Shown piece by piece: positions 1-8,168 of a stretch of 48,233 nt of DNA. This stretch comes from Chloroflexota bacterium. Its GTDB lineage: Bacteria > Chloroflexota > Limnocylindria > Limnocylindrales > CSP1-4. Numbering within the stretch: position 1 is the stretch's first letter; every line of letters starts with the position of its first letter. The notes beneath the pieces are model-generated. The model was given only the letters and a program-made list of their open reading frames with translations, was not told where the DNA came from and searched no databases. A program made the position numbers and the translations under genes. The DNA is taken from positions 1-48,233 of the forward strand of contig JARDZW010000003.1 of assembly GCA_029240655.1 (NCBI GenBank). The letters run 5' to 3'.

Positions 1-1
1 C

Positions 2-610
2 GGCAAGCTGTCCGGTCGACGGGGCCTGCAGGGCAAGCTGCGCGAGCTTGGCCACGAGCTCGAGGGCGACGTCCTTGACAGCATCTACCGTCAGGCCATC
101 GAGCTTGCCGACGCGAAGAAGGAGGTCACCGATGCGGACCTCCTCGCGCTCGTGGAGCAGCGCACGTCCGAGGTCGAGGCAAGCATCGCGCTCGTCGGCT
201 GGAGCGTGACCTCATCGCATGGCGGCAATGCCGTCGGGACCGTCACGCTCAGCGTCAACGGCGAGGAACGGAGTTCGGAGTCGACCGGGAACGGCCCGGT
301 CAACGCGCTCTTCAAGGCCGTCGACGACACGCTCCAACCGCTGCTCGGCTGGCACCCGACCCTGACGGAATACGAGATCAAGGCGGTCTCGGCCGGCGAG
401 GATGCGCAGGGCCAGGTCCTGGCCCGCTGCCGGCGCTCGTCCGACGAGGGCCCGGGCGCGCTGGTGGTCTCCGGCCACGGGTTATCCACGAACATCATCG
501 AGGCGTCGCTGGACGCGTACCTGGTGGCGACCAACAAGCTTCACGGGGCCGAGATCAACGGGGTCGACGTGGCCTTCGCGAGTCACCGCGCGGGCGAGGG
601 CCTCCCATGA
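2..610 (+). CDS. leuA: 2-isopropylmalate synthase, C-terminal part (5' truncated by the window edge)
   Basis: Frame 2 is open from the window start: GKLSGRRGLQGKLRELG...ADAKKEVTDADL linker, then the LeuA allosteric domain (GNGPVNAL, YEIKAV..GEDAQG, STNIIEAS). Stop overlaps the leuB start (ATGA). Confidence 0.88.
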   Translation, partial: GKLSGRRGLQGKLRELGHELEGDVLDSIYRQAIELADAKKEVTDADLLALVEQRTSEVEASIALVGWSVTSSHGGNAVGTVTLSVNGEERSSESTGNGPVNALFKAVDDTLQPLLGWHPTLTEYEIKAVSAGEDAQGQVLARCRRSSDEGPGALVVSGHGLSTNIIEASLDAYLVATNKLHGAEINGVDVAFASHRAGEGLP

Positions 611-1743
611 TGGAGGATGGCCTTCCCACCTATCGCATCGTCACCATTCCGGGCGACGGCGTCGGACCCGAAGTCGTCGACGCTGCCCGGCGCGTCGTCG
701 ATGCCGCTGGAGGACGCTTCGGGTTCGCCGTGGACTGGACCGAGATCGTGGCCGGTGGGATCGCGATCGACACGTACGGCATCGCGATCCGGCCCGAAGA
801 CGTCGAGGCCTGCCGGGACGCGGACGCGGTCCTCCTGGGCGCTGTCGGCGGACCGAAGTGGTCCGATCCGGCCGCGCCCGTCCGCCCGGAACAGGCCCTG
901 TTCGCGCTGCGCGGCGGACTCGCGCTCTTCGCGAACCTGCGGCCGGTAAAGATCCACCCGGCGCTGATCGCGTCGTCCCCACTCCGACCCGAGCTCCTCC
1001 ACGGTGTGGACCTCCTGATCGTCCGCGAGCTGACCGGCGGCGTGTATTTCGGGGAACGGCAGGAAGCCGGGGAGGAACCGGGCGACCGATTCGCCGTGGA
1101 CACCATGCCGTACGGCGAGGAGGAGATCCGGCGGATCTTCCTCGTGGCTGCGGGGTACGCACTGGGGCGGCGTCGTCGCCTGACGAGCGTCGACAAGGCC
1201 AACGTCCTCGCGACGTCGCGCCTCTGGCGGCGGGTCGTGGACGAGGAGGGCCGGCGCGTGCCGGACCTCGAGGTGAGCCACCAGCTCGTGGATTCGTGCG
1301 CGATGCTGCTCATCCGAAGACCGGCCGATTTCGACGTCATCGTCACCGAGAACCTGTTCGGCGACATCCTCTCGGATGAGGCGGCGGTGCTTGCCGGGAG
1401 CCTCGGGATGTTGCCGTCCGCATCGCTCTCGGACCGGCAGACCGCCTATGGCACGTTCGGACTCTACGAGCCGATCCACGGTTCGGCCCCCGACATCGCG
1501 GGCCAGGATGTGGCCAACCCGATCGGCACGATCCTGTCGGCGGCGATGATGATGTTCTCGTCGTTCGATCGGAAGGACGTCTCGGCAGCGATCGAGGCGG
1601 CCGTCAGCCAGGCGCTGGACGGGGGGTGGCGGACGGGGGACCTCGCCGATCCCACGAACGCTGATGATGGGTTGGTGGTCGTCGGAACGACCGGCATGGC
1701 GACGGCCGTGATCGCCGCCCTCGAGGCGGGAGTGCCGGCGTGA
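607..1743 (+). CDS. leuB: 3-isopropylmalate dehydrogenase
   Basis: Motifs IPGDGVGPEV, LLGAVGGPKW, NLRP, VRELTGGVYFG, VDKANVL, NLFGDILSD, YEPIHGSAPDIAG. Confidence 0.96.
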   Translation: MMEDGLPTYRIVTIPGDGVGPEVVDAARRVVDAAGGRFGFAVDWTEIVAGGIAIDTYGIAIRPEDVEACRDADAVLLGAVGGPKWSDPAAPVRPEQALFALRGGLALFANLRPVKIHPALIASSPLRPELLHGVDLLIVRELTGGVYFGERQEAGEEPGDRFAVDTMPYGEEEIRRIFLVAAGYALGRRRRLTSVDKANVLATSRLWRRVVDEEGRRVPDLEVSHQLVDSCAMLLIRRPADFDVIVTENLFGDILSDEAAVLAGSLGMLPSASLSDRQTAYGTFGLYEPIHGSAPDIAGQDVANPIGTILSAAMMMFSSFDRKDVSAAIEAAVSQALDGGWRTGDLADPTNADDGLVVVGTTGMATAVIAALEAGVPA

Positions 1744-3425
1744 GCCCGAGCGACGCCCCGGTCATCCTGTACGACACGACCCTGCGCGATGGGACGCAGG
1801 GCGAGAACGTGACCCTCTCGCTGGCCGACAAGCTGCGGGTCGCGCGCATGCTCGACGAGTTCGGGATGCCCTACATCGAGGGCGGCTGGCCGGGCTCCAA
1901 CCCCAAGGACATCGAGTTCTTCGCTGCGGCCCGGACCGTGCGCTGGGAGACTGCGAAGCTCGCGGCGTTCGGATCCACGCGCCACCGTTCCAATACGGCG
2001 AACGACGATCCCAACCTGCGCGAACTCGTCGCGGCCGAGACCCCCGTCGTCACGATCTTCGGGAAGTCGTGGCTCCTCCATGTGACGGAGGTCCTGGGCG
2101 CGACGCCGCAGGAGAACCTCGACATGGTGGCCGATTCGATCGGGTTCATCGTCGACCGTGGCCGGGAAGCTGTCTACGACGCGGAGCACTTCTTCGACGG
2201 CTACAAGGACGACGCCGCGTACGCGCTGTCCACGCTGCGAGCGGCTCGTCAGGCTGGTGCGCGCACGCTCGTGCTGTGCGACACGAACGGGGGCACGCTC
2301 ACGGACGAGCTCAGCCGGATCGTCGGCGACGTGCGGGCATCCATCGAGGGCGACAAGGACGCGCCGGCCGTGACGTGGGGCATCCACACCCACAATGACG
2401 CCGAGCTCGCGGTGGCCAACTCCATGGCGGCGGTCGCGGCCGGCATCCGGCATGTCCAGGCGACGATCAACGGCTACGGCGAGCGCGCAGGCAACGCCAA
2501 CATGGTCTCGATCCTCGCGAACCTCGCGCTCAAGACGCCCCACACGCTCGTGCCTGCAGGTGGCGGCCGCCTCGAAGGCCTGACCGAGCTGTCGCGGAGC
2601 GTCGCGGAGATCGCGAACCTCACGCCCAACGACTACCAGCCCTACGTCGGACGGTCGGCGTTCGCCCACAAGGGCGGGGTCCACGGGGCGGCCGTGGCGA
2701 AGGTGGAGCGCTCCTACCAGCACGTCGAGCCGACCGCCGTCGGGAACATCGGCCGGCTCGTCGTCTCGGAGCTCGGCGGCCGGGCGAACACGTCCATCCG
2801 GGCTCGCCAGCTGGGGCACGACCTCGAGGGAATCGATCCGCGCGAGCTGTCCCGGCTCATCAAGCAGCTCGAGGCCGACGGCTTGGCGTTCGAAGGTGCC
2901 GAAGCCTCGTTCGAGCTCCTTATCCGCCGTCACGCGGCGGACTATGCGGCCCCCTTCCGGATCGTCGACTACACCTGTCTCGTCGAGCAGCGGGACGGCC
3001 GCGAATTGCTCGCCGAGGCGACGGTCAAGGTGGCCGTCGATGGCGAGGTGCTGCACACGGCCGCAGACGGCAACGGCCCGGTCAACGCGCTGGACGCCGC
3101 GCTGCGCAAGGCCCTCCGGGCCTTCTACCCGGCGATCGACGACGTGCACCTCGTGGACTACAAGGTGCGCATCCTCGACGGCGATGCCGCTACGGCCGCG
3201 CGGACCCGCGTGATCATCGATTCGCAGGACGGCGCGCGGACCTGGTCGACGATGGGCAGCGACACGAACATCATCGCGGCATCGGCGTCGGCCCTGTCCG
3301 ACTCGCTCGAGTACGCGATCTGGAAGTCCGGCGCGCAGTTGCGCCGGCGCGATGAGCGACACTTCACGACGGAGACAGCAAGCGAACGCCCGGCGGACGA
3401 TCCCGCCGCAGCGACCCGGAGGTAG
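1740..3425 (+). CDS. cimA: citramalate synthase (LeuA/CimA family)
   Basis: YDTTLRDGTQGE, YIEGGWPGSNPKD, FGKSW, DAEHFFDGY, HTHND, GYGERAGN, AFAHKGGVH and a C-terminal regulatory domain (GNGPVNALD, DYKVRIL), typical of bacterial CimA. Confidence 0.88.
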   Translation: MSPSDAPVILYDTTLRDGTQGENVTLSLADKLRVARMLDEFGMPYIEGGWPGSNPKDIEFFAAARTVRWETAKLAAFGSTRHRSNTANDDPNLRELVAAETPVVTIFGKSWLLHVTEVLGATPQENLDMVADSIGFIVDRGREAVYDAEHFFDGYKDDAAYALSTLRAARQAGARTLVLCDTNGGTLTDELSRIVGDVRASIEGDKDAPAVTWGIHTHNDAELAVANSMAAVAAGIRHVQATINGYGERAGNANMVSILANLALKTPHTLVPAGGGRLEGLTELSRSVAEIANLTPNDYQPYVGRSAFAHKGGVHGAAVAKVERSYQHVEPTAVGNIGRLVVSELGGRANTSIRARQLGHDLEGIDPRELSRLIKQLEADGLAFEGAEASFELLIRRHAADYAAPFRIVDYTCLVEQRDGRELLAEATVKVAVDGEVLHTAADGNGPVNALDAALRKALRAFYPAIDDVHLVDYKVRILDGDAATAARTRVIIDSQDGARTWSTMGSDTNIIAASASALSDSLEYAIWKSGAQLRRRDERHFTTETASERPADDPAAATRR

Positions 3426-3429
3426 TCGG

Positions 3430-3987
3430 ATGCCGGAGCCAACGACCGATACGCCCACCCTGCAGCTGGCCCGCTGGACGGTCACGTCCGGCTCGAACGC
3501 GCGCAGCCGTGGCGCGGTCATCATCGACGCTGGCGACCACCACTGGCGCGCCTCGGCCGAGGGCAACGGCGCGATCGACGCGCTGTTCCGCGCGGTGGAC
3601 CAGGCCCTGTCCGAGATCCTCGACGGCCATCCGCGCCTGCTGGCCTACGACATCCATGCGCTGGGGGAGGGGACCGACACGATCGGCGCGGTGACCGTCC
3701 GAATCGCCCCGCCGGACGCCGCCGGCGAACGGGGCACGGGCGAATACGGCGGCGAGGCCCGAGGCACCAACATCATCGCGGCGTCGATCGAGGCGTACAT
3801 CGTTGCGCTCAACGCGATGCTCGGCGAGGCGCATTGGGAAGGCGCGCCCGAAGCGGCTGCCGCCACCGGGAAGCGTGCCCACGCCAAGGCGCCCGTGACG
3901 GCTGGCGCGGCCCGCGAGCGTCGCGCGGAGCTCGACGAGGAGTCCGGCGAGATCGACACGACCGACTGGTTCAACCGCCAGGGCTGA
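3430..3987 (+). CDS. stand-alone LeuA/CimA-type allosteric (regulatory) domain protein
   Basis: ATG at 3430, 4 nt after the cimA stop. Contains GNGAIDAL, LLAYDIHALGEGTD, GTNIIAASIEAY..ALN, aligning with the C-termini of the upstream LeuA and CimA. No catalytic TIM barrel. Confidence 0.82.
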   Translation: MPEPTTDTPTLQLARWTVTSGSNARSRGAVIIDAGDHHWRASAEGNGAIDALFRAVDQALSEILDGHPRLLAYDIHALGEGTDTIGAVTVRIAPPDAAGERGTGEYGGEARGTNIIAASIEAYIVALNAMLGEAHWEGAPEAAAATGKRAHAKAPVTAGAARERRAELDEESGEIDTTDWFNRQG

Positions 3988-3990
3988 GGC

Positions 3991-4824
3991 ATGACCTCAG
4001 TCGCGTATGCCGGCGAACCCGGTGCGTTCGCCGAGGATGCCGTCCTGGCGGCATTCGGCGACGTCATGCGGCGCTCAGTGGCGAGCTTCCGGGCCGTCTT
4101 CGAGGCGGTCGCCTCGGGCGAGGCGGCAGCGGGCGTCGTGCCGATCGAGAACGTCATCCATGGCACGGTCCGCGAGAACTACGACCTCCTGATCGAGCAC
4201 GACCTCACGATCGCCGGCGAGGTCATCGTGCCCGTGCACCTCTGCCTTGCCGCGCTGCCGGGCCAGCGCCTCCAGGACATCGAGCGCGTCTATTCCCATA
4301 TCCAGGCCCTGGGCCAGGCCGAGACCTTCCTGCGCGCCCGTCCGTGGCAGCTCCTTTCGACGTACAACACCGCCGGCGCGGGCAAAGCCATCGTCGAGGC
4401 GGGCGAGCCCGGGTCCGCCGCCGTCCTGTCGCCCCGGGCCGCAGCCTTGTTCGGGCTGGAGGTCCTCGCCGACGAGATCGGCGACCTCCCTGACAACCGA
4501 ACACGGTTCCTGGTGCTCGCGCGCCCTGGCGCCGCCGTTCCGGCGCTCGTGGACGCCCCGACGCTGCGGCGGACAACCATCGTTGTCGCGGTCCGCAACG
4601 AGCCAGGCACGCTGCTGGCGGTGCTCCGGGTCCTCGCGGAGCATGGCCTGAACATGCGCAAGCTCGAGTCGCGCCCAAGCCGTGAACGAGCCTGGGAGTA
4701 CGTGTTCTGGATCGACCTGGACGGCGACGCGTCCGAGCCGCAGATGGCGGCGGCGCTCGAGCAGGTCCGCGACGTGACGACGATGACGCGTGTCCTTGGC
4801 AGCTACCCCAGCCCGGACCGCTGA
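3991..4824 (+). CDS. pheA: prephenate dehydratase with C-terminal ACT domain
   Basis: AYAGEPGAFAE, GVVPIENVIHGTV, YSHIQALGQ, NRTRFLV, NEPGTL, KLESRP, WEYVFWID, LGSYP. Confidence 0.94.
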   Translation: MTSVAYAGEPGAFAEDAVLAAFGDVMRRSVASFRAVFEAVASGEAAAGVVPIENVIHGTVRENYDLLIEHDLTIAGEVIVPVHLCLAALPGQRLQDIERVYSHIQALGQAETFLRARPWQLLSTYNTAGAGKAIVEAGEPGSAAVLSPRAAALFGLEVLADEIGDLPDNRTRFLVLARPGAAVPALVDAPTLRRTTIVVAVRNEPGTLLAVLRVLAEHGLNMRKLESRPSRERAWEYVFWIDLDGDASEPQMAAALEQVRDVTTMTRVLGSYPSPDR

Positions 4825-4831
4825 CCGGACG

Positions 4832-5230
4832 TCAGATCGAGCTGGCGCACGCCTTGCATTTCGTGGCGTCGATCGCGTTCGGCTCCTTGCAGTATGGGCA
4901 GGTCTTGATCTCGGCCTCGGGGTCTTCCTTGATGAGAATCCTGCTGATCTGCCACACCACCAAGGCGATCACGATGAACGTGATGACCGCACTGAGGAAC
5001 TCGCCCCAGCGGATGGCGACCTCCGTCGCGGGATCGCCGGCGGTGGCCTCCCTCAACACCAGCTTGAGGTCCGCGAAGTCCACACCGCCGAGGGCGAGCC
5101 CGATCGGCGGCATGATGATGTCCTCGACCAACGAGGTCACGACCGTCCCGAGCGCGGCGCCGATGATCACGCCGATCGCCAGGGCCAGCGCGTTCGTCTT
5201 GAGCAGGAACCCCTTGAACTCGGACAGCAT
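4832..5230 (-). CDS. mscL: large-conductance mechanosensitive channel with C-terminal CxxC..CxxC zinc ribbon
   Basis: MLSEFKGFLLKTNALALAIGVIIGAA, DIIMPPIG, WGEFLSAVITF; tail CPYC...CKAC. GGAG SD upstream of the ATG at 5230. Confidence 0.92.
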   Translation of the reverse strand: MLSEFKGFLLKTNALALAIGVIIGAALGTVVTSLVEDIIMPPIGLALGGVDFADLKLVLREATAGDPATEVAIRWGEFLSAVITFIVIALVVWQISRILIKEDPEAEIKTCPYCKEPNAIDATKCKACASSI

Positions 5231-5351
5231 CGGCGTTCTCCATGGCCACGCGCGTCGGCCCGGCCGTGATGATCGCGGGGCGCCACCAGCAAGGCCGATG
5301 CTACCCTTGCGCTCCCCCGGCGGACCACCCCAGCGGAGGCGATGAGACCGC

Positions 5352-7028
5352 ATGGACCAGGCGTTTCGCGACGCGATCGCCAGCGGCTACACGTTCGATG
5401 AACCCGCGCTCGTCATCGGCAGCGCGATGCACGAGGGCGAGCTCGTCAACGACACGCGGGTCCAGGTCGCCCTCTCGATGCTCAACCGCCACGGGCTCAT
5501 CGCGGGTGCGACCGGCACGGGCAAGACCAAGACGCTCCAGCTGCTGGCCGGCCAGCTGTCCAAGGCCGGCGTGCCCGTCTTCGCGGCCGACATCAAGGGC
5601 GACCTGTCGGGGATCGCCCTGCCCGGTGACGCGGCCGATCCAAAGGTCGTGGAGCGCGCGACATCGCTCGCCTGGGAGTTCGAGGCCCGTGGTCATCCGG
5701 TCGAGTTCCTGTCGCTGACCGGCAAGCAGGGCGCGCAGGTCCGCGCCACGGTCCATTCGTTCGGGCCCCTTCTCCTCGGCAAGGTGCTCGACCTCAACGA
5801 GACGCAGACGAGCATCCTCGCACTCATCTTCAAGTACTGCGACGACAACGATCTGCCGCTGCTCGATCTCAAGGACCTGGCGACGACGCTCAAGTTCCTG
5901 GCCTCGGACGAGGGAAAGCCGATCCTCGAGGAGTACGGCGGGATGTCGGCAGCCTCGGTCGGGGTGCTCCTGCGTTCGATCGTCGTGCTCGAGCAGGAGG
6001 GCGCGGACGTCTTCTTCGGCGAGCCGGAGTTCGACGTCGACGACCTGCTCCGGACCACGCCCGATGGGCAGGGCGTCGTCAGCATCCTCGAGCTGTCGGA
6101 CGTGATGGACCAACCACGACTGTTCTCGACCTTCATGCTCTGGATGCTGGCCCAGCTGTACGAGAGTCTCCCCGAGGTCGGCGACCTGCCCCAACCCAAG
6201 CTGTGCTTCTTCTTCGACGAGGCGCACCTGCTGTTCGATGACGCATCCGAGGCGCTGATGGACCAGGTGGAGCGGACGGCGCGGCTCATCCGTTCCAAGG
6301 GCGTCGGCATCTACTTCGTGACTCAGGCGCCGACGGACGTACCGGCGTCCGTGCTGGCACAGCTCGGCAATCGGGTACAGCACGCCCTGCGTGCCTTCAC
6401 GCCGGACGACGCCGACGCGCTGCGCAAGACAGCGCGGACCTTCCCGATGACCGAGTTCTACGACGTCGAGAAGACCATCACTTCATTGGGGACCGGCGAG
6501 GCCCTCGTGACGGTATTGACCCCACGCGGTGTGCCGACGCCGCTGGCCGCGACACGGCTGCTGCCACCGGACTCGCTCATGGCCCAGATGCCGCCCGACG
6601 AGTTCGCCGCGACAGTGGCGGCGAGCACGTTCCAGACGAAGTACGGCCCCACCGTGGACCGCGACAGCGCCCACGAGCGCATCACCGCACGCATCGCGGC
6701 CGCCCGCACAGCGGCCGTCGAGGCGGCCACGCGCGCGGGCCTCGACCCGACCACCGCCGGCGGGCTCAACGACATGACCCCCGCCCAGCAGGCACGCGAG
6801 CTCGCTCGCCAGCAGAAGGCCATCGAGGCCGCGGAGGTGCGCGCCCAACGCGAGGCCGAGCGGCAGCGAAAGGCCGACGAGAGGGCCGCAGTTGCCGCCG
6901 CGAAAGCGCGCCAGAAGTCCATCGACAGCGCCCTGCGGACCGGGGGCAAGGTCGTGACCTCGCGGCTCGGCCAGGACATCGTTCGCGGTGTCTTCGGCGT
7001 GCTCTTCGGAGGTGGGAAAAGTCGCTGA
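5352..7028 (+). CDS. HerA-like P-loop ATPase, DUF853/YjgR family
   Basis: NRHGLIAGATGTGKTKTLQ, DIKGDLSG, LPEVGDL.QPKL.FFFDEAHLLF, RLIRSKGVG, QLGNRVQHALRAFTP; GGAGG upstream. Confidence 0.92.
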   Translation: MDQAFRDAIASGYTFDEPALVIGSAMHEGELVNDTRVQVALSMLNRHGLIAGATGTGKTKTLQLLAGQLSKAGVPVFAADIKGDLSGIALPGDAADPKVVERATSLAWEFEARGHPVEFLSLTGKQGAQVRATVHSFGPLLLGKVLDLNETQTSILALIFKYCDDNDLPLLDLKDLATTLKFLASDEGKPILEEYGGMSAASVGVLLRSIVVLEQEGADVFFGEPEFDVDDLLRTTPDGQGVVSILELSDVMDQPRLFSTFMLWMLAQLYESLPEVGDLPQPKLCFFFDEAHLLFDDASEALMDQVERTARLIRSKGVGIYFVTQAPTDVPASVLAQLGNRVQHALRAFTPDDADALRKTARTFPMTEFYDVEKTITSLGTGEALVTVLTPRGVPTPLAATRLLPPDSLMAQMPPDEFAATVAASTFQTKYGPTVDRDSAHERITARIAAARTAAVEAATRAGLDPTTAGGLNDMTPAQQARELARQQKAIEAAEVRAQREAERQRKADERAAVAAAKARQKSIDSALRTGGKVVTSRLGQDIVRGVFGVLFGGGKSR

Positions 7029-7096
7029 CGCGCGATCGCGCGAGCCACCGCCCGCGGGTGGGTCGTGTCGCCCTGCCGACACCGAACCGATTCTCC

Positions 7097-7125
7097 TTGA
7101 CGTAGCACTTTCGTACTGGTAGACC
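7097..7125 (+). promoter_or_regulatory. putative sigma70-type promoter
   Basis: TTGACG (7097-7102), 17 nt spacer, TAGACC (7120-7125) with TG at the extended -10 position, in an AT-richer intergenic patch. Confidence 0.45.
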
Positions 7126-7126
7126 A

Positions 7127-7496
7127 TCTTCCCTACCGAGTCGCTGCGCCGGGGGGCGCGCCTCGAAGTGGGAAGAACGGGTCCGAACGCAGCGTCGAGG
7201 GGCGCTGGGCGCGATCCGGCCAAAGCGACGGGCCGCCGACCGGCATCCAGGTACCTTCGGTAGCCCTTCCATCGAGGTCCCGGGGGAACGTTTCTGGGGA
7301 GACCGACGGGGCTTCGCACATGCAGGAGATCAGAACACGTGCTGGCCGCGTCCGGCCACGTCCACGTGGCCGACGGGCCGATCCTCGTACCCACGGACGG
7401 TCGGGCCTGGCTAGGGCGAGAAGGGGGGTGATGCCTGGCATGACTGGTACAGGACGGTGACCTACGAACGTGTCTCCGGGGGGAAAGGACCTTCTC
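7127..7496 (+). other. long structured 5' leader, possible cis-regulatory RNA and/or uORFs
   Basis: Stems TCTTCCC/GGGAAGA (7127-7176), TACC-TTC-GGTA (7252-7262), CGGCCACGT-CC-ACGTGGCCG (7353-7372); strong SD-like AAGGGGGGTGA (7421-7431). Confidence 0.35.
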
Positions 7497-7913
7497 ATGC
7501 GACAGACGATCAGGATCCTACTGGCGGCGCTGGCCGTGCTCGCCCTGAGCAGCCAGGCCGTGTTCGCGGGAAGCCCGCATTTCGTCGGCGCTGTCACGGT
7601 GACACGCGACGGCAACAGCCTCACGGTCTCCGGTAAGGAAGCCGGCCTCGGCAACGAGGACCAGGTGAACATCGTGGTGACCGCCACGGCGGAGTGCATC
7701 AACCCAGGCCAGCGTCACCCCAAGGCCGCCAACAAGGCGAGCGTTTCTGCCGAGGGCGATTTCCCGGTCCAGAACGGCAAAGCGACCTTCGAGCTGACGC
7801 TGACGGCGACGTTCCAGCCGGACTGCACCCCGCCGATGACCGTCGTCTTCACTGGCGTGACCGTCACCGACACGACCAACGGCATCTCAGCGACGTTGTC
7901 AGGGACGTTCTGA
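7497..7913 (+). CDS. small secreted beta-rich hypothetical protein
   Basis: AAAGGA SD; signal peptide MRQTIRILLAALAVLALSSQAVFA; alternating beta-strand pattern, two Cys, GKEAGLGN and CINPG..HPKAANK segments; strong GC3 bias. Confidence 0.82.
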   Translation: MRQTIRILLAALAVLALSSQAVFAGSPHFVGAVTVTRDGNSLTVSGKEAGLGNEDQVNIVVTATAECINPGQRHPKAANKASVSAEGDFPVQNGKATFELTLTATFQPDCTPPMTVVFTGVTVTDTTNGISATLSGTF

Positions 7914-7941
7914 CAACGCTTGAACCGGGAGGGCGCCGGTG

Positions 7942-7965
7942 AGCGAGCAGTGATGCTTGCTTTCT
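7942..7965 (+). terminator. possible intrinsic terminator
   Basis: AGCGAGCA-GTGA(GNRA loop)-TGCTTGCT hairpin followed by a short T-rich tail, 28 nt after the stop at 7913. Confidence 0.4.
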
Positions 7966-8168
7966 GCGTCTCTTCCGCTTCGATCGGCCGGGCGCGCTCG
8001 TCATGTGGGCGAGGCGCCCGCGGCCGGTCTCTTCGCATGCCCGGTCCGGCCGCCAGTTCGATAGGGTGAGCCGCAGCCGCTCGGCCAATGACGGCCGCGA
8101 TGTGCTCGACCTCGGTCGTCATCGGCCCGGTCCAAGCCGTCACGCGTGGCTGGCCCCCCTTCATGTGG

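Noticed and set aside
1464-3566. 700-aa minus-strand ORF and many similar long antisense or alternate-frame ORFs (e.g. 13270-14898, 19080-20648, 23854-25587, 44502-46496)
   Set aside because: Shadows of well-supported genes. High GC3 suppresses stops in other frames, and the products are Arg/Pro/Gly-rich with no motifs.
3352-3987. Frameshifted or split cimA/leuA pseudogene
   Set aside because: Both synthases already end in complete regulatory domains, and the small gene has its own ATG, intact frame and normal codon bias.
7260-7431. Canonical c-di-AMP (ydaO) riboswitch call
   Set aside because: Only scattered words match and key conserved segments are missing. Kept only as an unclassified structured leader.
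7966-8168. Possible small minus-strand ORF (MTTEVEHIAAVIGR...) and GC hairpin at 7982-8029
   Set aside because: No recognisable motif, the frame runs antisense into the secreted-protein gene, and the hairpin is explainable as a terminator region between convergent genes.
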